Positions 13,101-28,100 of a stretch of DNA of 64,000 bases are shown here, in pieces (the first letter of the stretch is position 1; every line of letters starts with the position of its first letter). Under the pieces are notes generated by a model. That model saw only the letters and a program-made list of their open reading frames with translations. It searched no databases and was not told the origin of the DNA. The translations under genes and the position numbers were made by a program. The stretch comes from Leucoraja erinacea (taxonomy: Eukaryota). The stretch covers positions 31,248,001 to 31,312,000 of the forward strand of contig NC_073401.1 in the NCBI RefSeq assembly GCF_028641065.1. Reading direction: 5' to 3'.

Positions 13101-16100
13101 GCACAAATGAAGATATTCCTTTCAATGAAGCCTGGATCAGTCCTGAATTGTTTAAAAAATATATTTATTTTGTTGAATGCTGACTTTTTATCTTTTCAGT
13201 GGGTGGAGGCAAGGGAGAAATTTCAAATGTCAGCGGAGCTGATTGATGCAGAGCAGCGGATGAAGAAGTCCATGTGGGGGCAGTTCTGGTCGGCTCATCA
13301 GCGTTTTTTTAAGTATCTCTGCATTGCTTCAAAAGTTAGGAGAATAGTGCAACTTGCCCGGGAAGAGATCAAGAATGGAAAGGTAATGAATCATAAATAA
13401 AGGCTGTCAATGTTTTTTCTTGTGATTGTACCTGCCTCAACTACCTCCTCTGGCAATTCATTTCATATACTTCCCACCCTTTGTGTAAAAATAAAAAGTT
13501 GACCCTCAGGCTCCTGTTAAATCTTTCCCCTCGCACCTTGAACCCATGTCCTCTGATTATCGATGCCCCCTACTCTGGGTAAAGGACTGCATTTAACCAA
13601 TCTATTTTTCTCATGATCTTGTACACCTCTATAAGTTTGCCTCTCGTCCTCTTGCATTCCACATAAATACTTAGCCTGCTCAACCCCTCCCTATAAGTCA
13701 GGCCCTCGAGTCCTGACAACACCCTTTACAGCTTAGCAACATCTTTCCTATGGCAGGTTAACCAAATCTGAACACAATACTCTAAATGTGGCGTCATCAA
13801 TGTCTTGTACGACTGTAACATGACCTTTCATCCATCTATTTCCAATATTGAGAAATCAGCAAATGCACTCTTTAAAATTGCAATGGGGAAGTTGCACAAG
13901 TTGTTGCTGATAAATAAAATGTAAACCATTCAAATACCTTAATTTTGTAATTACTTCTAGTGTGTGGTTATTGGTCTTCAGTCGACTGGAGAAGCACGGA
14001 CCCTGGAAGCTCTGGAAGAAGGAGGTGGTGAACTGAATGATTTTGTTTCAACTGCTAAGTATGTTTGCATAGTATAAATGTTTCTTACTGTCAGTGTTAT
14101 TTGAAAGGTGGTAGTAATGCAAAAGGAGCTGAGCATTTGTTTGTGGCATGTGGGAGTTGCTGTCAGGATGAGTAGTTCTCCCAACTGGAATTTCATTTGT
14201 TTTGTACGGAAGTCTTGTCCCAGCGAGCAAAACTGAGGGAAAAGCTATAAACGGCCCTGTACCTTTCAACATTGCGGCATTGCACAGATGTGATCACACT
14301 CTGTAAATGCACGTTCTTTACATGCGCTAGAAAAGCTCTGGAGTATCAAATGGTTTGTAAACAAAAATTCAGTTACTTGAGCTGTCTTAATTAAAGCACG
14401 GTAGAGTTATGGTCAAATAAATTTTATCATTAATTTTTATTTTTCATTTTTTAATTTAATTTAATTTTCATCATTAATTTTTATTTTTTTTAATTGTATC
14501 TGCTTGATTTGAGCAATCTGACCAATCTACATGAATACGTGTGTTCAGGCAGTTTAAAAATGCAAATAATTGCACTGTGAGCAAATATTTCATGTAACAA
14601 TTCATGAATAGCAGCTGCGTTTTTCCCAGGTTTTCCTAATGTCATGCATCTGATTAATGGTATCAACTCTGTGGAGGGTATGGACAGACAATATTTTCAG
14701 TTGGGATCTATCTTCAGGCTAATGGAGTAGGGGGGAGAAAACTGAACGGTTGACTTGAGTAGCGAGGGGGACACAAAAATGCTGGAGAAACTCAGCGTGT
14801 GCAGCAGCATATATGGAGCGAAGGAAGTAGGTGACGTTTCGGGCCGAAACCCTTCTTCGGATCTGTTTCTTTACCCCCTTTCCCCTGCCTTCAGTCTGAA
14901 GAAGAGTCCCGACCTAAAATGTTGTCTGTCCATTCCCTTTGTGAATCCTGCCTGACTCCGCTGAGTTCATATTTTGCTGCCTATTGTCATATTAGGTGAA
15001 AACATGATATCGTCTTTTTCAGGAATAATTTAAGATAATTGTATCTGCTGGAGTGACCGGAGTATTCATAATGCTTTTTTATTGATTTCTATGTTTTAAT
15101 TGTTGCAGAGGTGTTCTTCAGTCTTTGGTTGAGAAACATTTCCCAGCACCTGACAGAAAGAAGCTGTACAGTTTGTTGGGGATAGAAATGAATGTGCCCA
15201 GTAATCAAGACTCTCCCATTGACAGTCCATCAAGACAAAACAAAGGGAAAAAACGGAAAGGTATGACCTTCCCTTATACAGATATTGGTGAATGTGTTGC
15301 TTCTGGGAGTACAGTGATTGAGTTATCATGGTTAAAATGCTCAGTTGTGTTGATCCATGTAAATCAATACATTTGTGTATATTAAGGGCATCAAGGTATA
15401 TGGGGAGAGTGCTAGATATGGTGCCAGGATAGAATATTGACCATTATGTGCATGAATGCCAGACAGGCATGAAGGGCCACATGGCCGACTCATTTCTTAC
15501 ATGTTCACACTTATTTTTGCCTCCCATCACCCACCATTGGTTGAACCCTCAGCAGCCAGGACCATGAGATCAGGAATCTTCTATTATTGAAATGCCTTTG
15601 TTAGCCTGTCACTTAGATCAATCTTTTGGCAAGCTATATGGCTGGACAGCAATTTGTTTTCTGATATATTTATTAAAGGGGATGCTGATTGGTAGCTATT
15701 GACATAAATCCACGTATTTGAAAATTGCGAAGTTCTTTCTCTTTTGTGAACCATTTAAAATCTAACTCTTATTTTCTCAGCTAATGAGGACAAACGGGAA
15801 GCTAAAAAAGCCCGCAAGTCCAAAGGGCTGGCTGGGAGCAGCTCATCGGGGAGCGAATCTGAAGGGTCTGAAAGTGAAGGCAGTGACGCAGAAAGTTTTC
15901 ATTCTGTTAGTTCTGCTGACGATGACTTCAACCCTTTCAGAGATGAATCTTCCGATGAAGAGGATGGTAAGTTGGAGAAAGCTCAGTAATTATGAAATTG
16001 ATGAAACAAGAGGTGCACCATGAGGGTGGGCACGTTTTAACTGCAATTACCTCTTACCCTTCTGTTATATAAGACCTATAATTCATGAGCCTTTTGAGTA

Positions 16101-19100
16101 ATTGTCCTTTGAGCAATCCCGTTTGTGCCTCAATCCCTAACCTTCTTATCTTTTTGTTCACGCATGCCCCGACCCTATAATCCGATTCCCCAACCAGCCG
16201 CCTACATGAGGGATAATTCATTAAGGAACCAGCCAACACCTGTTTGAAATGTGGATGGAAATGCAAATTCCACACAGACAGATGAACCTTAATTGAAAAT
16301 ATGATGAGGTTATGAAACTCTCCGTTATATGGGACGTGTCCAGACTTATTTAAAAAAATTTAGATTAACTTAGTTTAGTTTATTGTCCCGTGCACTGAGG
16401 CACAGGGAAAAACTTTTGTTTGCATGCTATCATTTAAAGAACGGACAATACATTTAAAGAACAGGCTATACATGAATACTATCAAGCTATCCACAGTGCA
16501 CCAATACAGGGTAGGGCATTTAGTGCAAAATATCTTGTAGCAAAATATATTTCCATATCAATAATGCTGAGCTGTACTTTGTCCTGCTCACTGTTCAATA
16601 TGCTACACTTCCCATTGTTGCATGTGAAAAAGATTCATCAGTCAACACAGATGGTGTCTTCTCCTTACAGATCATTCCATGACTTCACATGTGACTGTCT
16701 TGAGAGTATTAACCTAAGAGTCATGTGGAGGTTGGAGAATTCTGAGGGGTACGAGTTCAATGGGGCAGGGAGATGGTGAAGCTGGGTCTTCAGGAGGTTT
16801 TAGCAGGTGAATTCGTTCAGGATTCTGTTTGTAATGAAGATGAAAGGAATGGGAGAATAAATAGTGATGAGTTGCACCAAGGGTGTGTCAGACATGGCAG
16901 CTGTTGGGCATATTAAGTGAGATATTTTAAGAGATGGAGAGGATTGTGATAGATCTGTGTTCTCCCAGGGCTGGAGGTTGAGGATGACTTTAGAGGAGCT
17001 GAAATCAATGGGATTTGATATGGCCATTTGATGGCAAGGTGTAGATATGCTGTGGATTGTGTGGTGAAGCTGATCATTGACTGATCATTGGTGACCTCAG
17101 CTAATTGTTTTCACTATCTGTTTTTAAGAAATCCTTTGGTTTTCCCAATATCCTTCATTTTTTTGTGACCATTCTCATTTCTGTTTTTAATAGATCCTTG
17201 GTTAGTAAGGAAAGACCGGAAGAAAGACAAAGAAAAGAAAAAGAAAAAGAAAAGCATTGATCCAGATTCTATCCAAAGTGCCTTGCTAGCATCTGGCCTT
17301 GGATCTAAAAAGCCCAGCTTCTCCACCACGTCAATAAGCAGCACAACCAACAATGCACTTCCTTCAGGTATAAGTCTTGCCAATGTGGGAAAAGGTTAAT
17401 AAACCTGTGCAGAATTACCAATTAGTACAGTGCAATTTTGTTATTATGTGGGTGAAACAGCGTTGTTTTAATCTTGCATTGGTAGCACGCAGAGGATTAG
17501 AGTCCATTTTCGAGAAAAATAAATTTCTCTTTCCTCCAAATAAAACTCTAGGTAACAGTAGCCATAGTATTGTAGCCAGCCAAGACGCAGTAGAAAGAGC
17601 CCAGCAAATGAAACGCGAGTTACTCGAGAGACTGGACAGGCTCGCTGAAGATCTACCTCCCAACACACTCGACGAACTCATAGACGAGCTTGGTGGCCCG
17701 GACAACGTGGCAGAGGTCAGTGTGAAGAGAACCATGTGGTCACGTGCATGTACCTGTAACTGACCGGCATCTGTAAGGTGGACATGCCATGAGATGTTCC
17801 ACAGGAGCCCTGATATTGAGCCTCAAGGAAACAACCATGCAAAATATGATTTTTAATCTATGTTGGGATTACAGTGAAGATGGTGATAGGAGGAAACACA
17901 ATGTAGCAAGCTCAAATGGAGGCAGCAGAGAAATTGAGTTGATGTGTGTGAAATGGGAGTTTGGTGAGAAAGGCACAGATCTTTGTAAATGGAGAGTAAA
18001 CAAAAACACATGTAAGATTTCAGCCACACATCATAATTGGTGCATGCATTGAGGTCGGACATTTGCTTGTCATTCTCAGACCATGGCTTGTGTAAATTGG
18101 CAGTGATGTTGAAAGTGAGGAGGAGAGTGTGGCTACAGAATAATATTGAGTTGGTAATAGAAGCAGAGAAGTGACAGGTGAAAAAAATGGAGGTATTGCA
18201 TTCTGGAAGGTCAAATAAGTCTGTATACAATAAATGGTAAAAGCTCAAGTAGTACTGAAGATGAGAGGAAGCTGGGTGAGTACGGCCTTTCACCCCTGCA
18301 CAGGAAGAGAAGTTGGTTAAGAATGCTTTCCTTCATTAATGGGGCATAGAACAAGTCAACCAAAAAAAGGCAGCTATTAAATGTGTTCATTTTTAATTAC
18401 TTTCTAGAGCTTTTTTTTATTTCAGAAAATAATATTTTAAGTTGGAAAAATGTCATCCTTGACAAAAGGCAATGTTCTGCTTATGCTTATGAAATCATAT
18501 AAATGACTAAGTTGTTCATAGTATTCATCTTTAATTACTGATTTATATATTGAAATGTTCCTGTAATTGAAGTGTTGCTAAACTTCTTGAATTGAAATGT
18601 TTTCTAGATGACAGGCCGGAAAGGTAGGGTTGTGAGCAACGATGATGGCAGTATATCTTACGAATCTCGGTCCGAACTTGATGTTCCTGTGGAAATCCTC
18701 AACATCACGGAAAAGCAGCGGTTTATGAACGGGGAGAAGGTATGTGGAGTTCTCGTCAGACATTTGTTTTACAGACGGTGCTCTGATTATCATTTTTGAT
18801 TATTGTTTTTTTGCACACCAGAATATTGCGATAATTTCGGAAGCCGCCAGTTCTGGGATTTCATTGCAAGCAGATCGCAGAGTAAAGAACCAACGGCGAC
18901 GGGTGCACATGACACTGGAGCTGCCTTGGAGTGCAGACCGTGCCATTCAACAGTTTGGTGAGAGCCCGCAACAGTTTTGTTCCCTCTTCTCTGTACATGA
19001 AGTTTAGAAAGTTTATCTTAGACAATTGGTGGGAGACCGACTGTGCCAGTTAGATGTAATGTCTGAAGCTAGGGAATTGTTGGCCAAAATAACCCAAATG

Positions 19101-22100
19101 TTCAAATTCCTCACCACTGATTGCCATCAGCAGGCATCTGCTCCACTGCTGAATATCTGCAGCTGCAATTAATGGATCTGAGACTTTTAAGATCAACGTA
19201 TTTTGGGTAAAAGAGCAGTTGCTTTTGCTGGAACTGGAAACTGATTATTGTTTGATTCGCAGGTAGAACACATCGGTCAAACCAGGTGACTTCTCCCGAG
19301 TATGTTTTTCTAATATCTGAATTGGCTGGTGAACAGAGATTTGCTTCTATTGTTGCAAAGAGGCTTGAAAGTTTGGTAAGTTCATAACTTTTAAAACAAC
19401 ATTTCCAACAAGGTTGCATTTCCAGTTTCACACCAAGTCCAACAAATAGGAGAAATTTTAAAAAACTGCCCCAAAACATTGCCACCCAGGTTCATTTTTA
19501 TTAGTTGTCTTTCTCCAAATTCCATCCTGCCAACTAGATCTGAAAGGTTGAGATCTTTCTGCAGTTGATATGTTTGCAGTCTATTTGCATTCATGATCTG
19601 CTAAAAAAGTTCATGAAATGACTGAGTTTACTTCATTGACCATGGTAAAATCTATAAAATATATGCTGCAAAAGCATATCGAAGCATCAACATCAACTGA
19701 GCAGATGGGAAAGGAAAGAAGAAAGACATTTAACAGCCTCTTTCACAATCAGCCGGCACGATTTCCTCCAGAGAGGAGAAAGTTGCATTCTTGAAAAGGT
19801 GATGGTTGACAGTTATGGGCATAAGACAGGAGAATTGGGGTAAGAGGGAAAGATAGCTCTGCCATGATTGAATGTAGACTCGATTGGCCGAATGGCCTAA
19901 TTTTGCTCCTATGACATATGACCTTATGAGCAGCTGCTTGGGCAGTATTGAAGGGACCTTTTTATGAACATGTTTCAGAAATCATCTTGGGGATTTAACA
20001 ACGGCTGGAGCTAGATATTTTGATGTTATTCGTTGCATAGGATGTTGGGATTCACAGCAGACCCGTATGTAAGACTAGCTTCAGGAAGCATTGTAACCTC
20101 TGTACTTGGAGTGCACCATTGCCTCATGTTAATGATATGAAGCATATTATTTTTTGTATACCTTACTTCCTGGTTCCAACCAGTATCTTCAACCTGAGAA
20201 CAATTCCTCCCGATTATGTCTGATCTGATCAGTGTTTTCCAAAACTTTCTCTTTCAATTTCAAATTCGCAGCGCCTACAGTTTTTGAGGGTTTTTTTCTA
20301 GGATGTTGACTTTGTTTTACCTTTTGGACAGGGTGCCCTAACTCATGGTGATAGACGTGCCACTGAAACCAGAGACCTGAGCAGGTTTAACTTTGATAAC
20401 AAGGTAATGTTCTAATTATCTGGGTGAGGAATAATGGGGTTTTACAGTTGCTTATTTTACTTTTCACAATTTATTTAATGTTTAGTCACTTTTCTAAGCT
20501 ATTGCATGTATTTTGCAATTGAAATGAGAAATGGCATGACCACAGTAATTTTAATTCATCAAAACAAAAACCAGGATGTGGCAATAAGATTCTGGCTCAT
20601 TATGAATGAAGTGATATGTTGCATGCCCATAATCTGATAAGCTGCCACAATTCTAATATGGTAATGGACTGTTTGCTACTTCTACAGTATGGACGGAATG
20701 CCTTGGAAATAGTCATGAAATCCATTGTAAATCTAGACAGTCCGCTGGTGTCATCACCGAAAGACTACTCTGGGGAATTCTTCAAAGGTGCAGTATACAC
20801 TCTTATTTAACTTGTATCCGCTGTTCTGAACTCTATGCTTGGTTTAATCTGCTTTCTAAAGTTCTTGTCACCCAAGTAAAATTGTTCTTTCACACCTATT
20901 CATTTTTACGGTTAGTGCAGCCTTGGTTCATTTACAGCATCCTAATTCTGGATGAGTTAGTTATGGTTCCAACTTCGCAGCAGAGAGTTTGAGCGCTCCA
21001 TCTTGGTTGAGACTGCATTAGAAGCATAAGTTCATATACAATCCTTTCAATATTGGATGAAGAATTCTCTGTGCCTGAATCTTCAGATAAATGTGTAAGA
21101 TTCCACAGCACATGTTAAAGAAAAGGAAGTTTTCTTTAGTTCTGGGCGTGTCCCGTCATTTATCTCATTTCTGTTTACACAAATGAACTCAAATTGATTG
21201 TCAGATTTTCTTTCAGTAAAGCTGCACGCCAAACAGAACAAACTTAACTACATGGAATGGTGCTTAAAGTTTTTTTAGTGAAATGTGCACACAATTCACA
21301 TGATCACTCAGCTCGCAAAAGGGAGCTGTATTAACTTTGCATATTTCGTATAGATACGTCAACAGCTCGTCCAGTGAGCTGTTTGTTATCTGACCATGAT
21401 ATAAACAGCAAGTTATTGGTTTGTTTCATATGGTACACCATGATGAGTTTTAACACCTCATGTCCTGTAACACGACTCCACTTGTGGTGGCACATCCATT
21501 TTTAAGACTGGCTCCTTCCTGCGTCAAGGCTGAAACACCTTGAATGTGAGCAGCTGTAGACACTTTGTGCTGGTGGTCCCCAAGGATGCAGGATCTGTTA
21601 TGAATTCCCCAGATGATGCAGCAATGTTGCCCACAGGACGGTTCAACTACCTAGACATTTGATGCTTTTATTATTAACCTCATTGAGCGAGCCATGCCTT
21701 TCTTTTTGCCTTTGCTTTTTAGAAAATAGAACAGTACAGCACAATAGCAGACCCTTTGGCCCACATGTTTGTGCTGAACATTATGCCAAGATCAACTGAT
21801 CTCATCTGCCAGCACATGATCCATGTCCCTCCATTCGCTGCACATCTATGTGCCTATGTGGAAGGTCTCAGATGCTGATGAGTCAGTAGAGACATGCCCC
21901 TTTTCCTGGTGCTAACTTGCACAATTCCTGCTTGATTATTTTTGCCACTTGAGTTCTGGGCGTGTTCAGCCAAGGCAGTATCCACAATATTGTTGAGCAT
22001 AACTAACATTACTGCTTTTAGAATACAAGTCCTCATGTTTTAACCCAACAAGTATCACCATGGATATTAACAGTAATGAAAGTGGAAAGTTGCAAGATCT

Positions 22101-25100
22101 GAAGAATTACATCTCCATCTATTGGTCCTTTAATCAGCCCTAAACGTGCTCTAATAATTGCTTCCCCTTTATCTTTGTTTGCTTTTTTTTCCCCCAATTT
22201 GTTTTTGTTTTAATTTCTTTATTAAGTTAATTGCAGGTAACCTCTTTCTGTGCCTTTGTATCTCTAGATGTTCGACAGGGATTAATTGGTGTTGGTTTAA
22301 TAAATATGGAAGACCGTTCAGGACTGCTTACACTGGATAAAGGTAACATTTTCATGAAAGTCTGATCTTAAGGAGTGTTTCTACAATCTGTGTTTCTGTT
22401 TCTGCAAGCTTGGCTGACGATGTGGTTAATGCATTGCAGATTACAACAATATCGGCAAATTCCTCAACCGAATCCTGGGCATGGAGGTGCACCAACAGAA
22501 CGCACTCTTCCAGTATTTTGCAGATACTTTAACCGCTGTCATTCACAATGCTAAAAAGAATGGAAGATATGATATGGGAATTTTAGGTAAGTCCTTTATT
22601 TTATATTGTAATGTATTTTAAATGTATTCCCCGATTTACCAATGTTTGCTTTTCATTTTGGATAGATCTGGGTTCTGGGGATGAGAAGGTGAAGAAACTA
22701 GAAGCTAAAAAATTCCTTACTCCTGGATATTCGGTGTCAGGACGTGTTGAACTGTACACTGTAAGTTCTACCTGTTTGGGGAGGTGGTTTGTATTTTGGA
22801 TCTTTGGTTGTTTTCCTTTTAACCTGGCATTTTCCTGAGGTTCAGCACAAAGGCTCTTCAAGGTTGTGTTAGAACACCATCAAGGCAGTGTTCTGTCCTT
22901 GTCTAAGGTGTATGAGCTGCTGTAGGGAATGGCTGCTCAACTATCGGGAGGTGAGATCTTGGGTAAGCTTTGGATGTTGAGACCATTTGTAACTCACTCC
23001 TGCTGCTTATACAGGAATCAAATTGAACGGTTGATCTATCAGATGAACTCGGCTAATTTACAGGTTGCTCCAAATGGGAATGTTTCCTATTCCCAGCCCA
23101 TTACGTTGTGCAGCTGAGGAGCACAGCTATCATAAACATGATTGATGATGACATGAAACTCAAATAGCCGAATAGAATTTGTCAGAGTTTGATTACCACA
23201 ATTTAGGAGTTTTAACAAAGCATATGTCTTCGTAGGTAAGTGTTGAACGAGGAATGTCCTGGGAAGAAGCTACAAAGATTTGGGCAGAGCAAATGGGACC
23301 GGATGACGGCTTCTATCTGTCAATGCAGGTATGTGAAGGGAAAGGGATGGAGTAAAGACTGGCTGGTGTTGTGGATCACATCCTGCTGCACTTGTCCTTG
23401 AGCTGGAACTGAATTGGTATTAAAAGATATCCTTCCATTATCATCAAATGTCTTTTTTTGTACATTGACAGTGAAATGGGAGAGTACTATACAGAACTAA
23501 TTAATTAATTGCTAACGTAATGATGTCCTTTTGTTCTAGATAAGAAATAACAAAAAGACAGCAATCCTTGTGAAGGAAGTTAACACCAAGAAGAGACTGT
23601 TTATGATGTACAGACCAAACACTGGCAAACAGCTCAAGCTGGAGAATTATATTGACGTAAAAAAGAAGTATAAAAAGGTGAAGGAAAATTTGCTAAACAA
23701 ACCTAGTGGTATGTGGTGACATAATGTTGCTTTGTTTCCTCAAGCAGCGCAGTGGCACGTTGCTGCCCCACAGCTCCACGCACCTCCGTCACTGGGTGCT
23801 CTCGCGGGTTTTCCATGTTTCTCCCTCCCTCTGACAGGCACGGGCCTGGTGGGCCGAATGGTTAATTTCATGCTATGTGACTTTGACACATCGCAAAAAT
23901 GAGCGGCTAGGGTAAATTAATATGGCATGGGACTTTATTTGTCACATACACCGAGGTACAGTGAAATGCATTTTTGTGTACAGTTCAGTACAAGTATCAC
24001 TATACATAAGCACTAAGATACATCTTAGATAAGCATCTCAGATACAGTGCAAGTGTATAGTAGCAGTGCACTGAGACACCAGTTTGGTGCCATTTTCAAG
24101 TTGCAGTTGCTAGGAGAATGAGGGGACGAGGGCAGTAGATGGGCATGAGAGAGAACAGGTTATAGGGAGTAAGTTGGGGGGGGGGTAGATTAATGGGAAT
24201 GCTCACAGGTGACATTGACTTCCTGTGCCATGGTAATGGGGAAAGTTCTGGGTCTGGCATTGACAAAAAATGTTGCCATATTATTGATGAATGTGTTTGT
24301 GAGCATGCCTGTTGCCTTACTAATAATGTTACTATCTGATGCTGTGGGCGGTGTGATCTTGAGCTCCTAACCTTTTGTGACTGCCATCGCAGGTCTCCTC
24401 TGGGGAAGCAGAGTTGCATTGGTTGGAGCAGTACAAGTCCTCTGCAGACACGTGCACTCATGCATATTGGTTAGTATCATTAACAATGTTTTAATTTGTG
24501 CGAAGATAGACACAAATCGCTGGTGTAACTCAGCGGGACAGGCAACATCCCTGGAGAGAAAGAATGGGTGATGCTTCGGGTCAAGACCCTTCTTCATACT
24601 TAATTTGTGCTATTTGGTGCTGGGCTCATTGCCTTGGTACCACTACTAGTTGCTTACCACAGTCCCACTGTCAGTTTCTGTGCTATCCACTTGTTGAATG
24701 GGTAATGGCTTCAATTCAGTCTGTATCTTAACTCCTTGCTTGAGGTTTTCCTATCCAATTTCTAGCTGCACCTGCAGTACAACTAACTGAGGCCTTGGCC
24801 AACAATTTTGGTGACTATGCGTAGCTCTTTACCTGGTATGGGTTAGAGCTTGGTCTGTGGATGGGTGTTGCCCTGTCATTTGATTACGTGTATGTGGACA
24901 GCTTGATAGTGGTTTCCAGATTGTAAATTGTTGCTGCAGTGAATGTGAGCAACGTTTCATATTCTGCCACCTGCTGGAACAGAGCATTCATGACTCGCAG
25001 TCACTTCTTGAATTTAAAAAATAGTCTTGAGTTCGAAACTAAAAATTCTGTCTTTGAACCCCTCCTACCCCTTGCCTCAACTGATGTTAGTTATGTTGGT

Positions 25101-28100
25101 ATCCTATAGAGAAGTCTGAAGAAGGGTCCCGACCCAAAATGTCACCTATCCAGAGAAGCTGACTGATCCACTGTATTTTTAATATTGTCTTATTTATTTT
25201 ATCCTATAATTAGTTATGCTAGTTATGTTGTTTTCTATTTTCTGCCAATAGTCTACCTAGTGATCTGTATCATTAATTTATCAACTTCTGAAGAGTCCAG
25301 CACTGAAATAGGCCTTTTGGTCCATAATAGACAATAGGAGCAGGAGTAGGCCATTCGGCCCTTCAAGCCAGCACCGCCATTTAATGTGATCATGGCTGAT
25401 CGTCCCCAATCAGTACCCTGTTCCTGCCTTCTCCCCATATCCCCCGACTCCGCTGTTTTTAAGAGCCCTATTTAGCTCTCTCTTGAAAGCATCCAGAGAA
25501 CCTGCTTCCGCCGCCCTCTGAGGCAGAGAATTCCACAGACTCACAACTCTCTGTGAGAAAAAGTGTTTCCTCGTCTCCGTTCTAAATGGCTTACTCCTTG
25601 TTCTTAAACTGTGGCCCCTGGTTCTGGACTCCCCCAACATCAGGAACATGTTTCCTGCCTCTAGCGTATACAAACCCTTAACAATCTTATATGTTTCAAT
25701 GAGATACCTCTCATCCTTCTAAACTCCAGAGTGTACAAGCCCAGCCGCTCCATTCTCTCAGCATATGACAGTCCCGCCATCCCGGGAATTAACTTTGTAA
25801 ACCTACACTGCACTCCCTCAATAGCAAGAATGTCCTTCCTCAAATTAGGGGACCAAAACTGCACACAATATTCCAGGTGTGGTCTCACTAGGGCTCTGTA
25901 CAACTGCAGAAGGACCTCTTTGCTCCTATATTCAATTCCTCTTGTTATAAAGGCTAACATGCTATTTGCTTTCTTCACTGCCTGCTGTACCTGCGTGCTT
26001 ACTTTCATAGACTGATGAACAAGGACCCCCAGATCCCATTGTACTTCCCCTTTTCCCAACTTGACGCCATTTAGATAGTAATCTGCCTTCCTGTTTTTGC
26101 TACCAAAGGGGATAACCTCACATTTATCTGCAATAAACTTCATCTGCCATGCATCTGCCCACTCCCCCAACCTGTCCAAGTCACCCTGCATTCTCATAGC
26201 ATCCTCCTCACAGTTCACACTGCCACCCAGCTTTGTGTCATCTGCAAATTTGCTGATGTTACTGAATCCCTTCATCCAAATCATTGCTGTATATTGTAAA
26301 TAGCTGCGGTCCCAGCACCGAGCCTTGCGGTACCCCACTTGTCACTGCCTACTATTCTGAAAGGGACCCGTTAATCCCTACTCTTTGTTTCCTGTCTGCC
26401 AACCAATTTTCTATCCATGTCAGCACTCTACCCCCAATACCATGTGCCCTAATTTTGTCCACTAATCTCCTATGTAGGACCTTATCAAATATTTTCTGAA
26501 AGTCCAGGTACACTACATCCACTGGCTCTCCCTTGTCCATTTTCCTAGTTACATCTTCAAAAAATTCCAGAAGATTAGTCAAGCATGATGTCCCCTTCGT
26601 AAATCCATGCTGACTCGGAACAATCCTGTTACTGCTATCCAAACGTGAGGCTATTACATCTTATGTAATTGACTCCAGCATCTTCCCCACCACCGATATC
26701 AGGCTAACTGGTCTATAATTCCCTGTTTTCTCTCTCCCGCCTTTCTTAAAAAGTGGGATAACTTTAGCTACCCTGCAATCAACAGGAACTGATCCTGAGT
26801 CTATAGAACATTGGAAAATTATCACCAATGTATCCACGATTTCTAGAGCCACTTCCTTAAGTACCCTGTGATGCAGACCATCAGGCCCTGGGATGCAGGG
26901 TACTTAAGGAAGTGCTGTCTGTGCTGTCCATGATGCCAATTTAAGCTGATCATACACTTGTGCATGGTCTATATCCTTTCATTCCCTGCCTATTCGTGTC
27001 TTGCCCAAATGCCTCTTAATCATAAGTTTAATGTCTGCTTCCACCACATCCCCCGGCAATGCATTCCAGACACTTCCCATTCTCTATATGTCAAGAAAAT
27101 TTGCCTCAAATCTTTAAATTTTCTACCTCTTGCATTAAAATGATGTAATCTATTTCATATTTCCACTCTGGGGGAAAAGGACTATCTGCCCTAACTGTGC
27201 CTCTTAAATTTTATATAATTCTGTCAGGTCTCCTCTCAGGTGTCTGATACTCCAGAGAAAACAATCCAAATTTGTCCAAACGATCCTTACAGCTAATGCA
27301 CTCCAATCTAAGCAGCATCCTGTGGAGCCTCTTCTCCACCCCCTCCAAGACATTGAAATTCTGTTAGTGATCAAGTTGACACAATGTGGAGATATACGGA
27401 TTTCCAGAAATGGACATGATCAGTCCAGCGTGCTGTCAACAGAAGATAATCCACAGTGCACTTCGATTTTAGAAGTGTTTTTGAGGATAATGGTTTTTCA
27501 GATGCAAAACTGTTGATCGTTATTCTGCCTTGTCTTAATAGGCGCGGAAACTGCAAAAAGGTGAGCCTTGGAATGGTTTGTGAAATTGGACTGCGGTGCC
27601 GCACGTACCATGTCCTCTGTGGCTCGGTTCTTAGTGTCTGGACAAAGGTGGAAGGTGTCTTGGCGTCAGTGAGTGGGACAAATGTAAAAATGCAGATTGT
27701 GCGATTGAAAACGGAAGATGGGCAAAGGATTGTAGGTGAGTTTGTGGCCAGGTGTATGTGTATATCTCTCATTGCAGCAGTGTTGTTTGGGGGAGTGAGG
27801 TCTGGCCTGCTGTGTGCTTATCACATCCATTCCATAAATAAATCACTGATGTGGTCATGTACATTTATAGGAAAGGTTTAGAGAGATATGGGCCAAATGT
27901 GGGCGGGTGGGGCTAGTGTAGATGGGGCATCTTGGTCAGCCTGGGCAAGTTGGGCCAAAGGCCCTGTTTCCGTGCTATATGACTGACGTAAGTGCCGGCT
28001 GCGATGACGGCTCTGATTTTCAAACGCTTAATCTTGCTCTTCTCGTCTCCGCAGGTTTGATCATTCCTCAAAACTGTGTCTCACCGTTGGTGAACATTCT

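Noticed and set aside
25661-26338. 225-aa RT ORF as an active or domesticated gene
   Set aside because: It is a 5'-truncated CR1 copy with frameshifts, typical of dead-on-arrival insertions.
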